Source: Candidatus Poribacteria bacterium
GTDB taxonomy: Bacteria; Poribacteria; WGA-4E; PCPOR2b
Length of the DNA: 64,000 bases
Direction: 5' to 3'
Assembly: GCA_965208675.1 (NCBI GenBank)
Contig: OZ242351.1
Span: 1,568,001 to 1,632,000 of the forward strand
A program made the position numbers and the translations under genes. Shown here piece by piece: positions 1 to 9,623 of this stretch. Numbering within the stretch: position 1 is the stretch's first letter; every line of letters begins with the position of its first letter. Below the pieces are notes generated by a model. That model was not told the origin of the DNA, ran no database searches, and saw only the letters and a program-made list of their open reading frames with translations.

Positions 1-277
1 CTTCAATCAATTCTTGGACATCTTTTTCACCCGTCGGAATTGTCGAGTTGAAAGAGGAAACTGAATAGCTCTTGTTATCTTTTAATTCTATCAACTCTCC
101 ACCGTCAAAAATTGGGTCATTTTGATTGAGCTTTATAGCCAAGTCGGGGAACTTTCCTTTGTTGATACATGCGAGCATATCCTCATCGAATGGAAAAGTA
201 TCAAGCGGATTTTGGGATGTGAATTTATCTCTTTTTACACATAGGTCGGCGAAGTAGTGGTAGATTGAACTAGCCAT
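1..277 (-). CDS. Putative type II restriction endonuclease, PD-(D/E)xK type (5' part; runs off the window edge)
   Basis: Not in the ORF track. ATG at 277 directly follows the methyltransferase stop (TAG-ATG). The frame is open to the window edge: MASSIYHYFADLCVKRDKF...KFPDLAIKL...GELIELKDNKSYSVSSFNSTIPTG, which contains a PD...ExK motif. Confidence 0.7.
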   Translation of the reverse strand, partial: MASSIYHYFADLCVKRDKFTSQNPLDTFPFDEDMLACINKGKFPDLAIKLNQNDPIFDGGELIELKDNKSYSVSSFNSTIPTGEKDVQELIE

Positions 278-1168
278 CTATTTATTTGACTCAAAAAGTG
301 CCATCTGTTCGGAAGCAGAATTTGGTACTTTACTTTGTGTAGTTGTTCCCCAAATGACTTCTAAGTTCGGTGTGCATTTGTAGTCTTTGAACAACCCTGA
401 AATGTCATCTGCTTTCCTTTTTTCAGCAAGCCTATTCCGAATAATTCCGACGTTAATCTTATCGAGTTCCATGCCAACCGATTCTCGTCCCAACTGCTCC
501 GCAACAACCAAGGTCGTCCCCGAACCAGCGAATGGGTCCAACACAACATCCCCGGGATTTGTTGACGACAGGATTATCCTAACGAGAAGTTGAATCGGTG
601 TCTGTTGCTTGTGCAAACGATTCCCCTCTGTATCCCTAAGGGCTTCATCTCCAGCAAAGTACCCCGATGTCAGCTCACGAATATCGTCCCACACGTCGGT
701 AACGAACATGCCGTTTTCCCGTTCATATTTGTAATCAGCAGGAAGCGGCGGATTGATTCTCAGGCGGTGAAATACGCCTGGACGTTCCCCCTTCGTTGCG
801 AACGCAATAATCTGGTAATGCTTGCCAAAACGCTTCATTCCGGGCACGGCGGACGTTTTCTTTTTCCAAATGATCAAGTTTTGAAACGTCCACCCTGATT
901 CGCGAAGACAGCGCAGCACTGATTCAGTCTTCTTTTCGCGTTGCATAAAATAGATTCCGCCGCCCGACGCCGTCCCGCGGCAAATCTTTGTACAAACATC
1001 GCTCATCCGCCTCCAATATTCCGCTTCAGGCAAGTTGTCGTCCCACTCATTATATCCTTTGTCCTGATTGAAGGGCGGATCGAGAAACGTGAGATCCACA
1101 GGCCGCAAATCAATGTTCTGTTGGTCCAATAACGACGCACAATCTCCGAGCAGCACAGTTGCATTCAT
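278..1168 (-). CDS. Site-specific DNA methyltransferase (N6-adenine/N4-cytosine, beta class)
   Basis: Motif IV DPPF near the N-terminus and motif I DPFAGSGTT near the C-terminus (beta order). ATG at 1168 follows AGGA; the track start is 1174. Confidence 0.9.
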   Translation of the reverse strand: MNATVLLGDCASLLDQQNIDLRPVDLTFLDPPFNQDKGYNEWDDNLPEAEYWRRMSDVCTKICRGTASGGGIYFMQREKKTESVLRCLRESGWTFQNLIIWKKKTSAVPGMKRFGKHYQIIAFATKGERPGVFHRLRINPPLPADYKYERENGMFVTDVWDDIRELTSGYFAGDEALRDTEGNRLHKQQTPIQLLVRIILSSTNPGDVVLDPFAGSGTTLVVAEQLGRESVGMELDKINVGIIRNRLAEKRKADDISGLFKDYKCTPNLEVIWGTTTQSKVPNSASEQMALFESNK

Positions 1169-1320
1169 TTTCAATCCTGAGACCTGAGAAACTCGTCATT
1201 GACAATCATCGGGACTTCATTTGGTTTCGGCAAATTGATTAAAATCCTGGCGAAAATTTTTCCATGCTCGTCAAATGGATTAAGAAGTTTACATTTCCAA
1301 AATATGGCCATTCGTTTGTA

Positions 1321-1803
1321 TCAGTTGTCTGCCAAATCCTCAATCCGCCGATATAGGTTCGCCATCTCGATTGCCGCAGCAGCCGCTTCCGCACCTTTGT
1401 TCCCCATTTTTGTACCGGTACGCTCTATGGCTTGCTCAATCGTATCGGTGGTAATCACTCCGTATATCACCGGAACACCCGTGTTGGATGAAACCTGCGA
1501 AATGCCTTTAGCGCTCTCGCTTGCGACAAAGTCGAAGTGCGGCGTCGCGCCCCGGATCACGGCGCCGATACAAATAATGGCGTCATACCGATTGCTTTCA
1601 GCGAGCCGTTTTGCCGTTGCAGGAATCTCAAACGCACCCGGCGTCCAAAATATATCTACATCATCGAGATTGACCCCGTGGCGTTTCAGAGCGTCAAGCG
1701 CCCCATCTAACAATTTGGTGGTGATAAAGCCGTTAAATCGACTGACAGTAATACCGACCTTCAAATTGTTTCCGACCAGATTGCCTTCATAAATGTTCGG
1801 CAT
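1321..1803 (-). CDS. ribH: 6,7-dimethyl-8-ribityllumazine synthase
   Basis: [24 protein letters not shown] and GNKGAEAA motifs; lies in the rib operon. Confidence 0.97.
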   Translation of the reverse strand: MPNIYEGNLVGNNLKVGITVSRFNGFITTKLLDGALDALKRHGVNLDDVDIFWTPGAFEIPATAKRLAESNRYDAIICIGAVIRGATPHFDFVASESAKGISQVSSNTGVPVIYGVITTDTIEQAIERTGTKMGNKGAEAAAAAIEMANLYRRIEDLADN

Positions 1804-1805
1804 CG

Positions 1806-3053
1806 TTAATTGCGGCGCGCATCTTTATCTTGCGCCCCCTCCTCTTCATCAATTGTGTGCAGCAGCAAATGTCCTAACTTCGTTCGTTTAGTTTCGAGGT
1901 AGCAGCGGTTGAATTTATGGGGTGGGGTCTGCAGCGGGACGCGCTCGACAATTTTAAGGTTATGTCCGGCCAGTCCGCTGACCTTGCGCGGATTGTTCGT
2001 TAAGAGACGCATCTCAGTTACACCCAGATCTGCCAAAATTTGTGCACCGACGCCGTAATCGCGCAAATCCGCAGGGAAACCGAGTCGATTGTTCGCTTCC
2101 ACAGTATCCAGCCCTTCCCTGTCCTGCAAATTGTAAGCGCGGATTTTGTTGCTGAGCCCCATGCCGCGACCCTCTTGTCGCATGTACACCAAAACCCCCC
2201 GTTCTTCTGCTTGGATGAGTTCCATGGCTTTATCCAACTGTTCGCCGCAGTCGCAACGCAGCGACCCAAATACATCTCCGGTGAGACACTGCGAATGGAC
2301 TCGCACCAACACCGGCGTTTCATCTGAGACATCTCCTTTGACGAGTGCAATATGGGTCTTCAGGTCGTCCAGGCTTTCATAGGAATACAATTTGAAATGC
2401 CCATGCTGCGTTTGTACATCCGCCTCGGCGACGCGTTTGATAAGCGTTTCCGTCTGCCGCCGATACTCGATGAGATCTGCGATGGTGATAATCTTTAATC
2501 CGTGCTTTGGGGCAAGTTCCAAGAGTTCAGGCATTCTTGCCATCGTGCCGTCTTCATTTAAAATTTCACAGAGTACCCCCGCAGGATATAGCCCCGCGAG
2601 CAGCGCAAGGTCAACGGTCGCCTCGGTATGCCCGGCGCGCCGCAGCACGCCGCCATCCATCGCTTGCAGCGGGAAGATATGCCCCGGCCGCACAAAATCT
2701 TCCGGTGTCGTCTGGGGTTCGACAAATTTTCGGATTGTGTGGGCGCGTTCATAGGCAGATACGCCCGTGCTCACGTCTTTTGCGTCGATGGTTACGGTAA
2801 ACGCAGTATGCAGCCGGGCGGTGTTTTCGGATACCATCAGGGGAAGATTCAACTCTGCCAAACGAGCCGCGGTGGCTGGGAGGCAAATCAAGCCGCGCCC
2901 GTATTTCGTCATAAAATTTATCGCATCCGGCGTGACCATTTCAGCCGCCATAATTAAATCGCCTTCGTTTTCGCGATCTGGATCGTCGGTGACAATGATC
3001 ATTTCACCATTACGAATGGCTTTAACGGCTTCCGGAATTGTGTTAAACGTCAT
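1806..3053 (-). CDS. ribBA: Bifunctional DHBP synthase / GTP cyclohydrolase II
   Basis: [27 protein letters not shown]...CDC and QEGRG motifs. ATG at 3053 preferred over the TTG at 3065. Confidence 0.96.
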   Translation of the reverse strand: MTFNTIPEAVKAIRNGEMIIVTDDPDRENEGDLIMAAEMVTPDAINFMTKYGRGLICLPATAARLAELNLPLMVSENTARLHTAFTVTIDAKDVSTGVSAYERAHTIRKFVEPQTTPEDFVRPGHIFPLQAMDGGVLRRAGHTEATVDLALLAGLYPAGVLCEILNEDGTMARMPELLELAPKHGLKIITIADLIEYRRQTETLIKRVAEADVQTQHGHFKLYSYESLDDLKTHIALVKGDVSDETPVLVRVHSQCLTGDVFGSLRCDCGEQLDKAMELIQAEERGVLVYMRQEGRGMGLSNKIRAYNLQDREGLDTVEANNRLGFPADLRDYGVGAQILADLGVTEMRLLTNNPRKVSGLAGHNLKIVERVPLQTPPHKFNRCYLETKRTKLGHLLLHTIDEEEGAQDKDARRN

Positions 3054-3164
3054 AAAACTTCGCAAAGAACTCTGTCAAATCCTATTTTTGCCGGGGAGTT
3101 TTCCCGACAGAGAAAAACTGCGCTCCTCATTTGGCTAATAATGAATGTGCTGAATTTACGCGTG

Positions 3165-3812
3165 CTAACTAACGTAGCCGTGTTCCCTCAAAAACGCCAA
3201 ATCAACAGTCCGGGATTTGCCAAGGCCGGAAACTAACAGCCGTTCTACATAACGCCCTATCAAATCAACCTCAATATTTACGCGCGCACCGACTCGTAAC
3301 TTTCCGAGCGTTGTTACTTGTTTGGTGTGGGGAATAAGCGCCACTTCAAAACTATCATCGGACAATTCAGCGATGGTTAGGCTGACACCGTCTACACAGA
3401 CAGAGCCTTTATATACGATATACCGCATCGCCGTTGCAGAAACCGTGACGCTCATCATAGACGCTTCGTCCCGCCAGCCGCTCACAGTACCCACTTCGTC
3501 GACATGCCCTAATACAAGGTGTCCGCCCAGCCGATCGCTCAAGCGCAACGGCAGTTCAAGGTTAACTGCATCTCCAGGTTTAAGTTCACCGAGTGTTGTT
3601 TTGCGAGACGTTTCCGCAGAGATGTCCGCTGTAAAACTGTCCTCAGTGACGCTAGCCATAGTCAAGCAGACACCGCTCACAGCGATACTGTCGCCGACAA
3701 TGCACTCCGCTGCGGCTTGCGGCGTTTCGATTGTAAGCGCGGCAGCTTGACCGCCGCGCTGTACCTGTTTGACGATCCCAACAGTTTCAACAATTCCTGT
3801 GAACATAATCAT
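3165..3812 (-). CDS. ribE: Riboflavin synthase alpha chain
   Basis: MFTGIV N-terminus, GDSIAVSGVCLT, GGHLVLGHVD and KGSVCVDGVSLT. Confidence 0.96.
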   Translation of the reverse strand: MIMFTGIVETVGIVKQVQRGGQAAALTIETPQAAAECIVGDSIAVSGVCLTMASVTEDSFTADISAETSRKTTLGELKPGDAVNLELPLRLSDRLGGHLVLGHVDEVGTVSGWRDEASMMSVTVSATAMRYIVYKGSVCVDGVSLTIAELSDDSFEVALIPHTKQVTTLGKLRVGARVNIEVDLIGRYVERLLVSGLGKSRTVDLAFLREHGYVS

Positions 3813-3846
3813 CTGTAATTCTGTGATGCAAAGACACCGAGTGCAC

Positions 3847-4974
3847 TCACACGTTAGGATTCAAATAACCTTCTATGAGGAGGTCTCCATTGATAGGCGT
3901 AACTGTTAAATCACGTAGCGTGTAAGCCTCTGACAGGTATTGAATCCCGACTCCCCCGATTGGCCCAGCCGCCGCCTTGCCGCCAATTAACTTTGGCGCG
4001 AAAAAGAACACGACCTTGTCTACAATTCCCGCTTTTAATGCAGAGGCGTTGACTTCCGCACCCCCTTCAACAAGCACACTAGTGATGCTTCGGTGTCCAA
4101 GTTCACACATCAACGTTCCCATGCAAACACGTCCATCTTTTTCTTGGACTGCCAGAATTTCTGCGCCGATCGCCTCGAGGTTCGCGAGGTCTCCCAAATT
4201 AGCACGATCGGTTACAGCGATGATTGCACCCGCACTATGGTCGGGGCTGAAGATTTTCGCTGTTGGGGGTGTACGTCCGTGCGAATCCATCACAATGCGT
4301 ATTGGATTTTTGCCGCGCCCGTGAGGCAATCGCGTCGACAACGATGGGTTGTCGTTCAAAACTGTTTCAACCCCGACTAAAATTGCATCAACCTGATTAC
4401 GAATCTCATGTCCTTTCGTCCTAGCCGCTTGCGACGTAATCCATTGGGATTCGCCCGAGGCAGTGGCGATTTTACCGTCAAGGCTGCACGCGGCTTTGAG
4501 GATGACGAACGGCTGCTTGGTCGCCGTATATTTGAGATACACCTCATTGAGGCGCCGTGCTTCCCGCTCAAATAAGCCGACTTTCACGCGAATTCCAGCA
4601 TCTCTCAGCTCACGCATGCCGTTGCCGTTGACGCAGGGATTCGGATCTTTAAGTGCAACATAAGCCTTTGCGATGCCCGCCCTAACAATTGACTTCGTGC
4701 ACGGCTGTGTACGTCCCCAGTGGCAGCACGGTTCCAGTGTGACATATAGGGCCGCCCCCCGAGCGAGGTCACCGGCTTGATTCAATGCATGAATCTCTGC
4801 ATGCGCTTCCCCAGCCTTTTGATGGTATCCCTCGCCAACAATCGTGTTTTCCCGCACGATGACCGCACCGACTAAAGGATTGGGGCTGGTGCGGCCGCGG
4901 GATTTTTCGGCGAGATCGAGCGCATAACGCATGAAGCCTTTATCTGTCGATGACCACTGGGCTGACCGGGACAC
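3847..4974 (-). CDS. ribD: Bifunctional pyrimidine deaminase/reductase RibD
   Basis: PNPLVGAV, HAE, TLEPCCHWGRTQPC, SLDGKIA and VEGG. Start re-called to the GTG at 4974 (AGGAG upstream) because the track extension to 5193 runs through the riboswitch. Confidence 0.95.
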   Translation of the reverse strand: MSRSAQWSSTDKGFMRYALDLAEKSRGRTSPNPLVGAVIVRENTIVGEGYHQKAGEAHAEIHALNQAGDLARGAALYVTLEPCCHWGRTQPCTKSIVRAGIAKAYVALKDPNPCVNGNGMRELRDAGIRVKVGLFEREARRLNEVYLKYTATKQPFVILKAACSLDGKIATASGESQWITSQAARTKGHEIRNQVDAILVGVETVLNDNPSLSTRLPHGRGKNPIRIVMDSHGRTPPTAKIFSPDHSAGAIIAVTDRANLGDLANLEAIGAEILAVQEKDGRVCMGTLMCELGHRSITSVLVEGGAEVNASALKAGIVDKVVFFFAPKLIGGKAAAGPIGGVGIQYLSEAYTLRDLTVTPINGDLLIEGYLNPNV

Positions 4975-4990
4975 ATACCGCTCCTGATAC

Positions 4991-5019
4991 AAAAAAAGCC
5001 CAAAGATCAGTCTTTGGGC
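4991..5019 (-). terminator. Intrinsic terminator (FMN riboswitch expression platform)
   Basis: The minus strand reads GCCCAAAGA-CTGA-TCTTTGGGC-TTTTTTT between the aptamer and the ribD RBS. Confidence 0.88.
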
Positions 5020-5034
5020 GGAAGAATCGCGACC

Positions 5035-5158
5035 GTGCCTTCTCCCTTCCGGACTATTACCGTCGGCTCTGGAATCACACCAGATCTGTCCTCGACATTT
5101 ATCGTGGACTCGCGGACTATACCGCCGATGGGGAATTCCACCCACCCCCGAAGACGCT
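5035..5158 (-). promoter_or_regulatory. FMN riboswitch (RFN element)
   Basis: The minus strand reads TCTTCGGGGGTGGGTGGAATTCCCCATCGGCGGTATAGTCCGCGAG...GATCTGGTGTGATTCCAGAGCCGACGGTAATAGTCCGGAAGGGAGAAG, matching the RFN consensus, upstream of ribD. Confidence 0.95.
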
Positions 5159-5243
5159 CTGATTCTCTTAGAGGGTGCGCGTGGGCACATCAAAAGCCCG
5201 CCTTCGCAATCACCCCCTCAGTGAATATACTTGTTTGAAGAAT

Positions 5244-5273
5244 ATTATATCATAAGCTTGTATGACAAATCAA
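5244..5273 (-). promoter_or_regulatory. Sigma70-type promoter for the rib operon
   Basis: TTGATT-18 nt-TATAAT with an extended -10 (TGATATAAT) on the minus strand. Confidence 0.5.
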
Positions 5274-5483
5274 AAAAGTTTATCAAACCGGTATGCTAAA
5301 TGCGTCTCAACCCTCTTTTTCGCTTGATTATTTTCGAGAGTTCACTTATCATCTGTTGGGATATGAGAGGTAGCGTTATGGATATGCTCTGAGACTGCAT
5401 CGGTGTAATGATTAAGAATTACGCGATGGGACCTCAGGTGAAATAATCTTACGGAAAGCGCATAAAGGAGTCCATTCGCAAAA

Positions 5484-5693
5484 ATGACATCAGCCCTTGA
5501 AGAAGAGCTTGTTGAGGCATACGAGCGGGAAGTGGAAAGATTAGTCTCCAAGCAACGCAAATACCGCAATGTGCTCGGCGGCGCCGACGTCGCCGCAGTG
5601 GTTCGTGCGTTTCGTTTCACTTTTGAGCACGGAATTGAAAAAGTGACAGCTCAGATGCTCTACGATATGATCAATGACGATAACGGAGAATAG
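5484..5693 (+). CDS. Small hypothetical protein (69 aa), probably co-transcribed with the SMC-like ATPase
   Basis: AAGGAG upstream, helical charged composition, and its stop lies 3 nt before the next ATG. Confidence 0.7.
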   Translation: MTSALEEELVEAYEREVERLVSKQRKYRNVLGGADVAAVVRAFRFTFEHGIEKVTAQMLYDMINDDNGE

Positions 5694-5696
5694 CGT

Positions 5697-7580
5697 ATGC
5701 TGCTAGAACGAATCATGCTCAAATCCTTTGGGTGTTATGATCGAAAAAATTTCGATTTGAGCGAAGGCATAAACCTGATATTCGGTCCAAATTTCAGCGG
5801 CAAGAGCACACTCGTTAGTGCAATCTTCTTCGCACTGACTGGCAAACCTATTATCCCGCGCGTTAATCCGTCCTCAATGGCACGATCCGGTGCGTCAAGC
5901 GGAACGGCGGGGCTGGGGTTCTGCAATCAAGACCGCCGTTATCGACTCTTTCGTTCGACGAACGGTGACGTTCAAATTCGGTGTCAAGAGAACGGTGAGT
6001 GGCGCATCCAAATAACCGGGAAACGCACGGCGGACTCGGAGCTTCAGCAGATTGTTCATCTGAACCACCACCATCTTTCTGCAGCATCCTTCCTGAGAGA
6101 GGGCGAAATTTTTGAATTCCTGACCCGCATGCCGGCGAGCCGGCGGGATATCCTGTATGCGCTGCTTGGCATCGATCGGCTCATAGAGGTTCGCGAACGG
6201 TTCATTGACGGGCGCCGCCTATCCAAGCGCGAGGAAAAGCGGGTTCAAGAGCATCAACGCAGCCTGCGGATAACGTCTGTCAAGGGGCATGGAGAAGAAA
6301 TTAAGCGGCTTGAAGAGGAACTGAAAGCCCTGGAAGCGCAATATGAAAGCCTAACAAACAAGGCCGCTGAAGACGGCGACGCACTGTTAATCGTTGAACT
6401 AAATCAGACCCGCGACCGGCTCCAGCAGCAGATAGTTGCGATGGGCAAAGAACGCGCTTCAATTCTCGGCGGCTTTACCGATCCCGCGCATCTACACGAA
6501 TCGATCAAGGCGATTGAAACAGCAATTTCAGAGGCGCGGGGATTGGAGGCTGAACGGGAGAAAGCTATTCAGGAGGTAGGCGTCCTAACCAGCCAGATTC
6601 GGACGCTGGACGGGGAATGTGAAACTTTACATCAGTTCATCAATAATCAGCGTGGACACTGTCCGACCTGCCATCAGCCGATACAGCGTGAGACAATTGC
6701 GCACATCGTCGACGAAAAGACTTCCGAACGAGAAAAACATCAGCGCGAACTCGACGCAAAACAGGCAATTCTCAATAAACACACCGATGATGTCAGCGCA
6801 TTGCGTGAACTCGACCAGCGGCGCCAACTATTGTTGAGCAAAGTGGAGATGCTTGAGCGTGTCGAAACTCAGTTTGCGGAGTTGCAGCGCGAGTTCAAAA
6901 CTGTAGCGGATCGGTTGAACGCGTTGGAAACATCTGCTCCGCCGCAGCGGGATACTCCAGTTGAAGCGCAGCCCGATGCGGCGCAGACGGCTGAAAACCG
7001 GCGTCGCATGAAATCAAAAATTGATACATTGCGGGCGTGTCTTAGCAAACTCAACGCAGACGAGGCGGTGTTAGCCCATAAACTCCAAGAACTTCAACGT
7101 GTTCAAACTGAAGCCGACAAGATCCTTCGTACGCGCTTAAGCTTTGAACTCGCTTGCGCGGGCGTGGAGAAAACCATTGAAACACTTCAACAACAGATGC
7201 TGCAACCCGCGGAGGAAGAACTTCAGCGTTGGTTAAAACGCATGAACCTTTTCGAACACGCGAAGGTTGACCTCAAAAGTCAACACCTTCTCCCGTCTCT
7301 AAACATCAATGGTGCGGCACGCGACCTGATGCTGCTCAGCGGCAGCGAAAAGATGATCCTATATCTCTGCTTCAAAGCCGCGCTGTCAACTGTGTTGGGG
7401 GACAACGGCTTTTTTGTCTTCGACGATCCAACCCTGCATTTGGACGAAGAGCGCAAGGACTTGATGATCTCGTTTATTCAACAACTTGCTGGCAATCATC
7501 AGGTCATCGTAACCAGCAACGACACCGCTGTGAGAGATGCACTGACCGATTCACACATCATTGAAACAACCGGTGAATAG
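5697..7580 (+). CDS. Rad50/SbcC-like SMC-family ATPase with zinc hook
   Basis: Walker A GPNFSGKS, coiled coils, central CPTC hook, signature LSGSE and Walker B/D-loop FVFDDPTLHLD. Confidence 0.88.
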   Translation: MLLERIMLKSFGCYDRKNFDLSEGINLIFGPNFSGKSTLVSAIFFALTGKPIIPRVNPSSMARSGASSGTAGLGFCNQDRRYRLFRSTNGDVQIRCQENGEWRIQITGKRTADSELQQIVHLNHHHLSAASFLREGEIFEFLTRMPASRRDILYALLGIDRLIEVRERFIDGRRLSKREEKRVQEHQRSLRITSVKGHGEEIKRLEEELKALEAQYESLTNKAAEDGDALLIVELNQTRDRLQQQIVAMGKERASILGGFTDPAHLHESIKAIETAISEARGLEAEREKAIQEVGVLTSQIRTLDGECETLHQFINNQRGHCPTCHQPIQRETIAHIVDEKTSEREKHQRELDAKQAILNKHTDDVSALRELDQRRQLLLSKVEMLERVETQFAELQREFKTVADRLNALETSAPPQRDTPVEAQPDAAQTAENRRRMKSKIDTLRACLSKLNADEAVLAHKLQELQRVQTEADKILRTRLSFELACAGVEKTIETLQQQMLQPAEEELQRWLKRMNLFEHAKVDLKSQHLLPSLNINGAARDLMLLSGSEKMILYLCFKAALSTVLGDNGFFVFDDPTLHLDEERKDLMISFIQQLAGNHQVIVTSNDTAVRDALTDSHIIETTGE

Positions 7581-7638
7581 CGTCCGTGAAGATGTCCTGC
7601 CATACAGCCGTCATATCGTGGAATAATCACCCATCAGC

Positions 7639-7737
7639 TAGTAGGCATACTCCGTATGCCGTAACTCTCACACCCGTGCGGCGATCAGCCTTCAATGCAC
7701 AACGTACAAGTCACGGCACACGGAGTGTGCCCACTAC
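7639..7737. repeat. REP doublet (REPIN-like inverted pair)
   Basis: TAGTAGGCATACTCCGTATGCCGT (7639-7662) and the inverted copy ACGGCACACGGAGTGTGCCCACTAC (7713-7737). Each is a GTAG-flanked hairpin, between convergent genes. Confidence 0.8.
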
Positions 7738-7769
7738 TTTGCCATGAGCTTAAATTGCTTTAGTCCTCA

Positions 7770-9623
7770 CTATTTCACAATCACCATCCGACGCATCGCG
7801 GAAAAATCACCCGCCCGCAGTTGATAGAAATAGGTACCGCTTGCGACCGCTTCGCCGCGTTCGTTGTGTCCATCCCAATACACCGCATTGCCTTTTTCAG
7901 TATAGAACCCGGCAGTCTGGTGCCCCAAATCGAAATGACGCACCAACACACCGCCAGCATTATAAATGGAAAGCGCGGCATCCGCGTCACGGTCAAGGTG
8001 ATACGGAAGCCATGTCTCCGGATTGAAGGGATTCGGGTAGTTGGGGAGAAGCTGCGTTTTCGCAGGGATTCTGGCGTTGGTTGCCAGCCAATTGCGCAGC
8101 AGGTCCGCACCGATGCGAACTTCCGGCATCACGTCAGATATGCGCTCTAACTCGGTCAAAGCCGACCGCAAACGGCGAAGGCGGTCGGAACCCATCGGCG
8201 TCGTGCGGCAATGGGTGCCCACCCGCTGAATGCTATGGCGTGCCGCACCGTAGCCAAACCTACCGCTTGTGGTGTGGGCGGATGGCGCCGCCGAAACAAT
8301 ACTTGATTGGCCGAATAGGCGCGCCACGCGAACAAGATCAAAAATATCGACCTCGCCATTCCCGTCAATATCTGCCGCAAGTCCTTCACCAGTTTGCCCA
8401 AAACTACCACCGACTTTAACAAGATCGAAGATATCGATTTGCTCATCCCTGTTGATGTCCTCAGGACGAAATTCCACGTATGAAAACGCTATCTTTCCCG
8501 ATTGGCCATCCGGGTTGGTTAGGACAATTTCGACATTCCCAACCGTACTTGCGGGTATAGTGAAGGTGATTTCAGTCGGGGATACATATTTTACGTCCAG
8601 TATCTCAATGCCACCGACAGTAACGCTTGCACCCTCTTGAAAATTCTGTCCGAGTAACTGAACAATTGTGCCTTCGGAAATTATTCCGCTCTCTGATGTG
8701 ACACTGTCAAGGATTGGTGCCGGAATCCTCGCTTCAACCTCAATATTAAATGACACTGACTGTCCGTCCGGATTGGTGAGGACAATTTCAACCGTTCCAA
8801 ACGTGTCCTCGGGGAGTGTGATGCTGAGTTCGGTTGGAGAGATATATTCTACGTCCGATATCTCAATGCCCCAGACGGTAACGCTTGCGCCGTCTTGAAA
8901 ATTCTCGCCGATTAATTGAACCATGGTGCCTTCCGTAATTATTCCGCTCTCTGATGTGACACTGCCAAGGATTGGTGCTGGAATCTTCGCTTCAACCTCA
9001 ATATTAAATGACACTGACTGTCCGTCCGGATTGGTGAGGACAATTTCAACCGTTCCAAACGTGTCCTCGGGAAGTGTGATGCTGAGTTCGGTTGGAGAGA
9101 TATATTCTACGATTGCAACCGTGATATCGTCGATGGTAACGGTCGCGCCCTCTTGAAAATTCTCTCCGAACAATTGGACGGCATCGCCTCCGGAAATCAT
9201 GCCGCTATCCGACGCGACGCTGTCAATGATTGGCGCTGGAACTCCTGATTCAATCTGAATGTCAATCTCTGCGCTGGTTGCTGCGATATCGTCGTCCGTC
9301 ACGATATAGGTTACTTCCGCGAGGGCTTCTCCTTCTTCCAAGACGGCGACTAGTATCTCGTCGCCAGAACCCGCAACATCCTCCTTGAGGTTAAAAAAGA
9401 CAGCCGAATAAATCCCAGGACCATTTTGACCGGTCGGTCCGGTTTGTTCTGGAATAGGTTTTGAGGTGTTTTTAACAGTAACATCAAGCCCATCTATCGG
9501 ATTGCCGTTTGCATCTGTTACCAGAACCTTTACCACAAAGATTTGGGTCGCAAAACTCGTCATCGGTACAACCGCGTATAGCAGAATTATAAACCCTAAA
9601 CAACAAATGGCGGTGCGTTTCAT
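7770..9623 (-). CDS. Secreted protein: signal peptide, 3 IPT/TIG domains, dockerin-like EF-hand pair, C-terminal FlgD-Ig/T9SS-like sorting domain
   Basis: Hydrophobic N-terminus; three repeats ending in VEIVLTNPDGQS; DINRDEQIDIFDL and DIDGNGEVDIFDL; LLPNYPNPFNPETW...WDGHNERGEAVASGTYFYQL. Confidence 0.85.
   Translation of the reverse strand: MKRTAICCLGFIILLYAVVPMTSFATQIFVVKVLVTDANGNPIDGLDVTVKNTSKPIPEQTGPTGQNGPGIYSAVFFNLKEDVAGSGDEILVAVLEEGEALAEVTYIVTDDDIAATSAEIDIQIESGVPAPIIDSVASDSGMISGGDAVQLFGENFQEGATVTIDDITVAIVEYISPTELSITLPEDTFGTVEIVLTNPDGQSVSFNIEVEAKIPAPILGSVTSESGIITEGTMVQLIGENFQDGASVTVWGIEISDVEYISPTELSITLPEDTFGTVEIVLTNPDGQSVSFNIEVEARIPAPILDSVTSESGIISEGTIVQLLGQNFQEGASVTVGGIEILDVKYVSPTEITFTIPASTVGNVEIVLTNPDGQSGKIAFSYVEFRPEDINRDEQIDIFDLVKVGGSFGQTGEGLAADIDGNGEVDIFDLVRVARLFGQSSIVSAAPSAHTTSGRFGYGAARHSIQRVGTHCRTTPMGSDRLRRLRSALTELERISDVMPEVRIGADLLRNWLATNARIPAKTQLLPNYPNPFNPETWLPYHLDRDADAALSIYNAGGVLVRHFDLGHQTAGFYTEKGNAVYWDGHNERGEAVASGTYFYQLRAGDFSAMRRMVIVK
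8680..9111. repeat. Intragenic near-identical direct repeat (258-bp period)
   Basis: 8680-8853 and 8938-9111 match almost base for base and encode IPT repeats. Confidence 0.9.

Noticed and set aside
4975-5193. 72-aa N-terminal extension of RibD in the ORF track
   Set aside because: It overlaps the FMN riboswitch and terminator; the RBS supports the GTG at 4974.
8680-9111. CRISPR array or DGR template/variable repeat pair
   Set aside because: The repeats are in-frame protein domain duplications; there is no repeat-spacer structure, no adenine-specific mismatch pattern and no reverse transcriptase or cas gene in the window.
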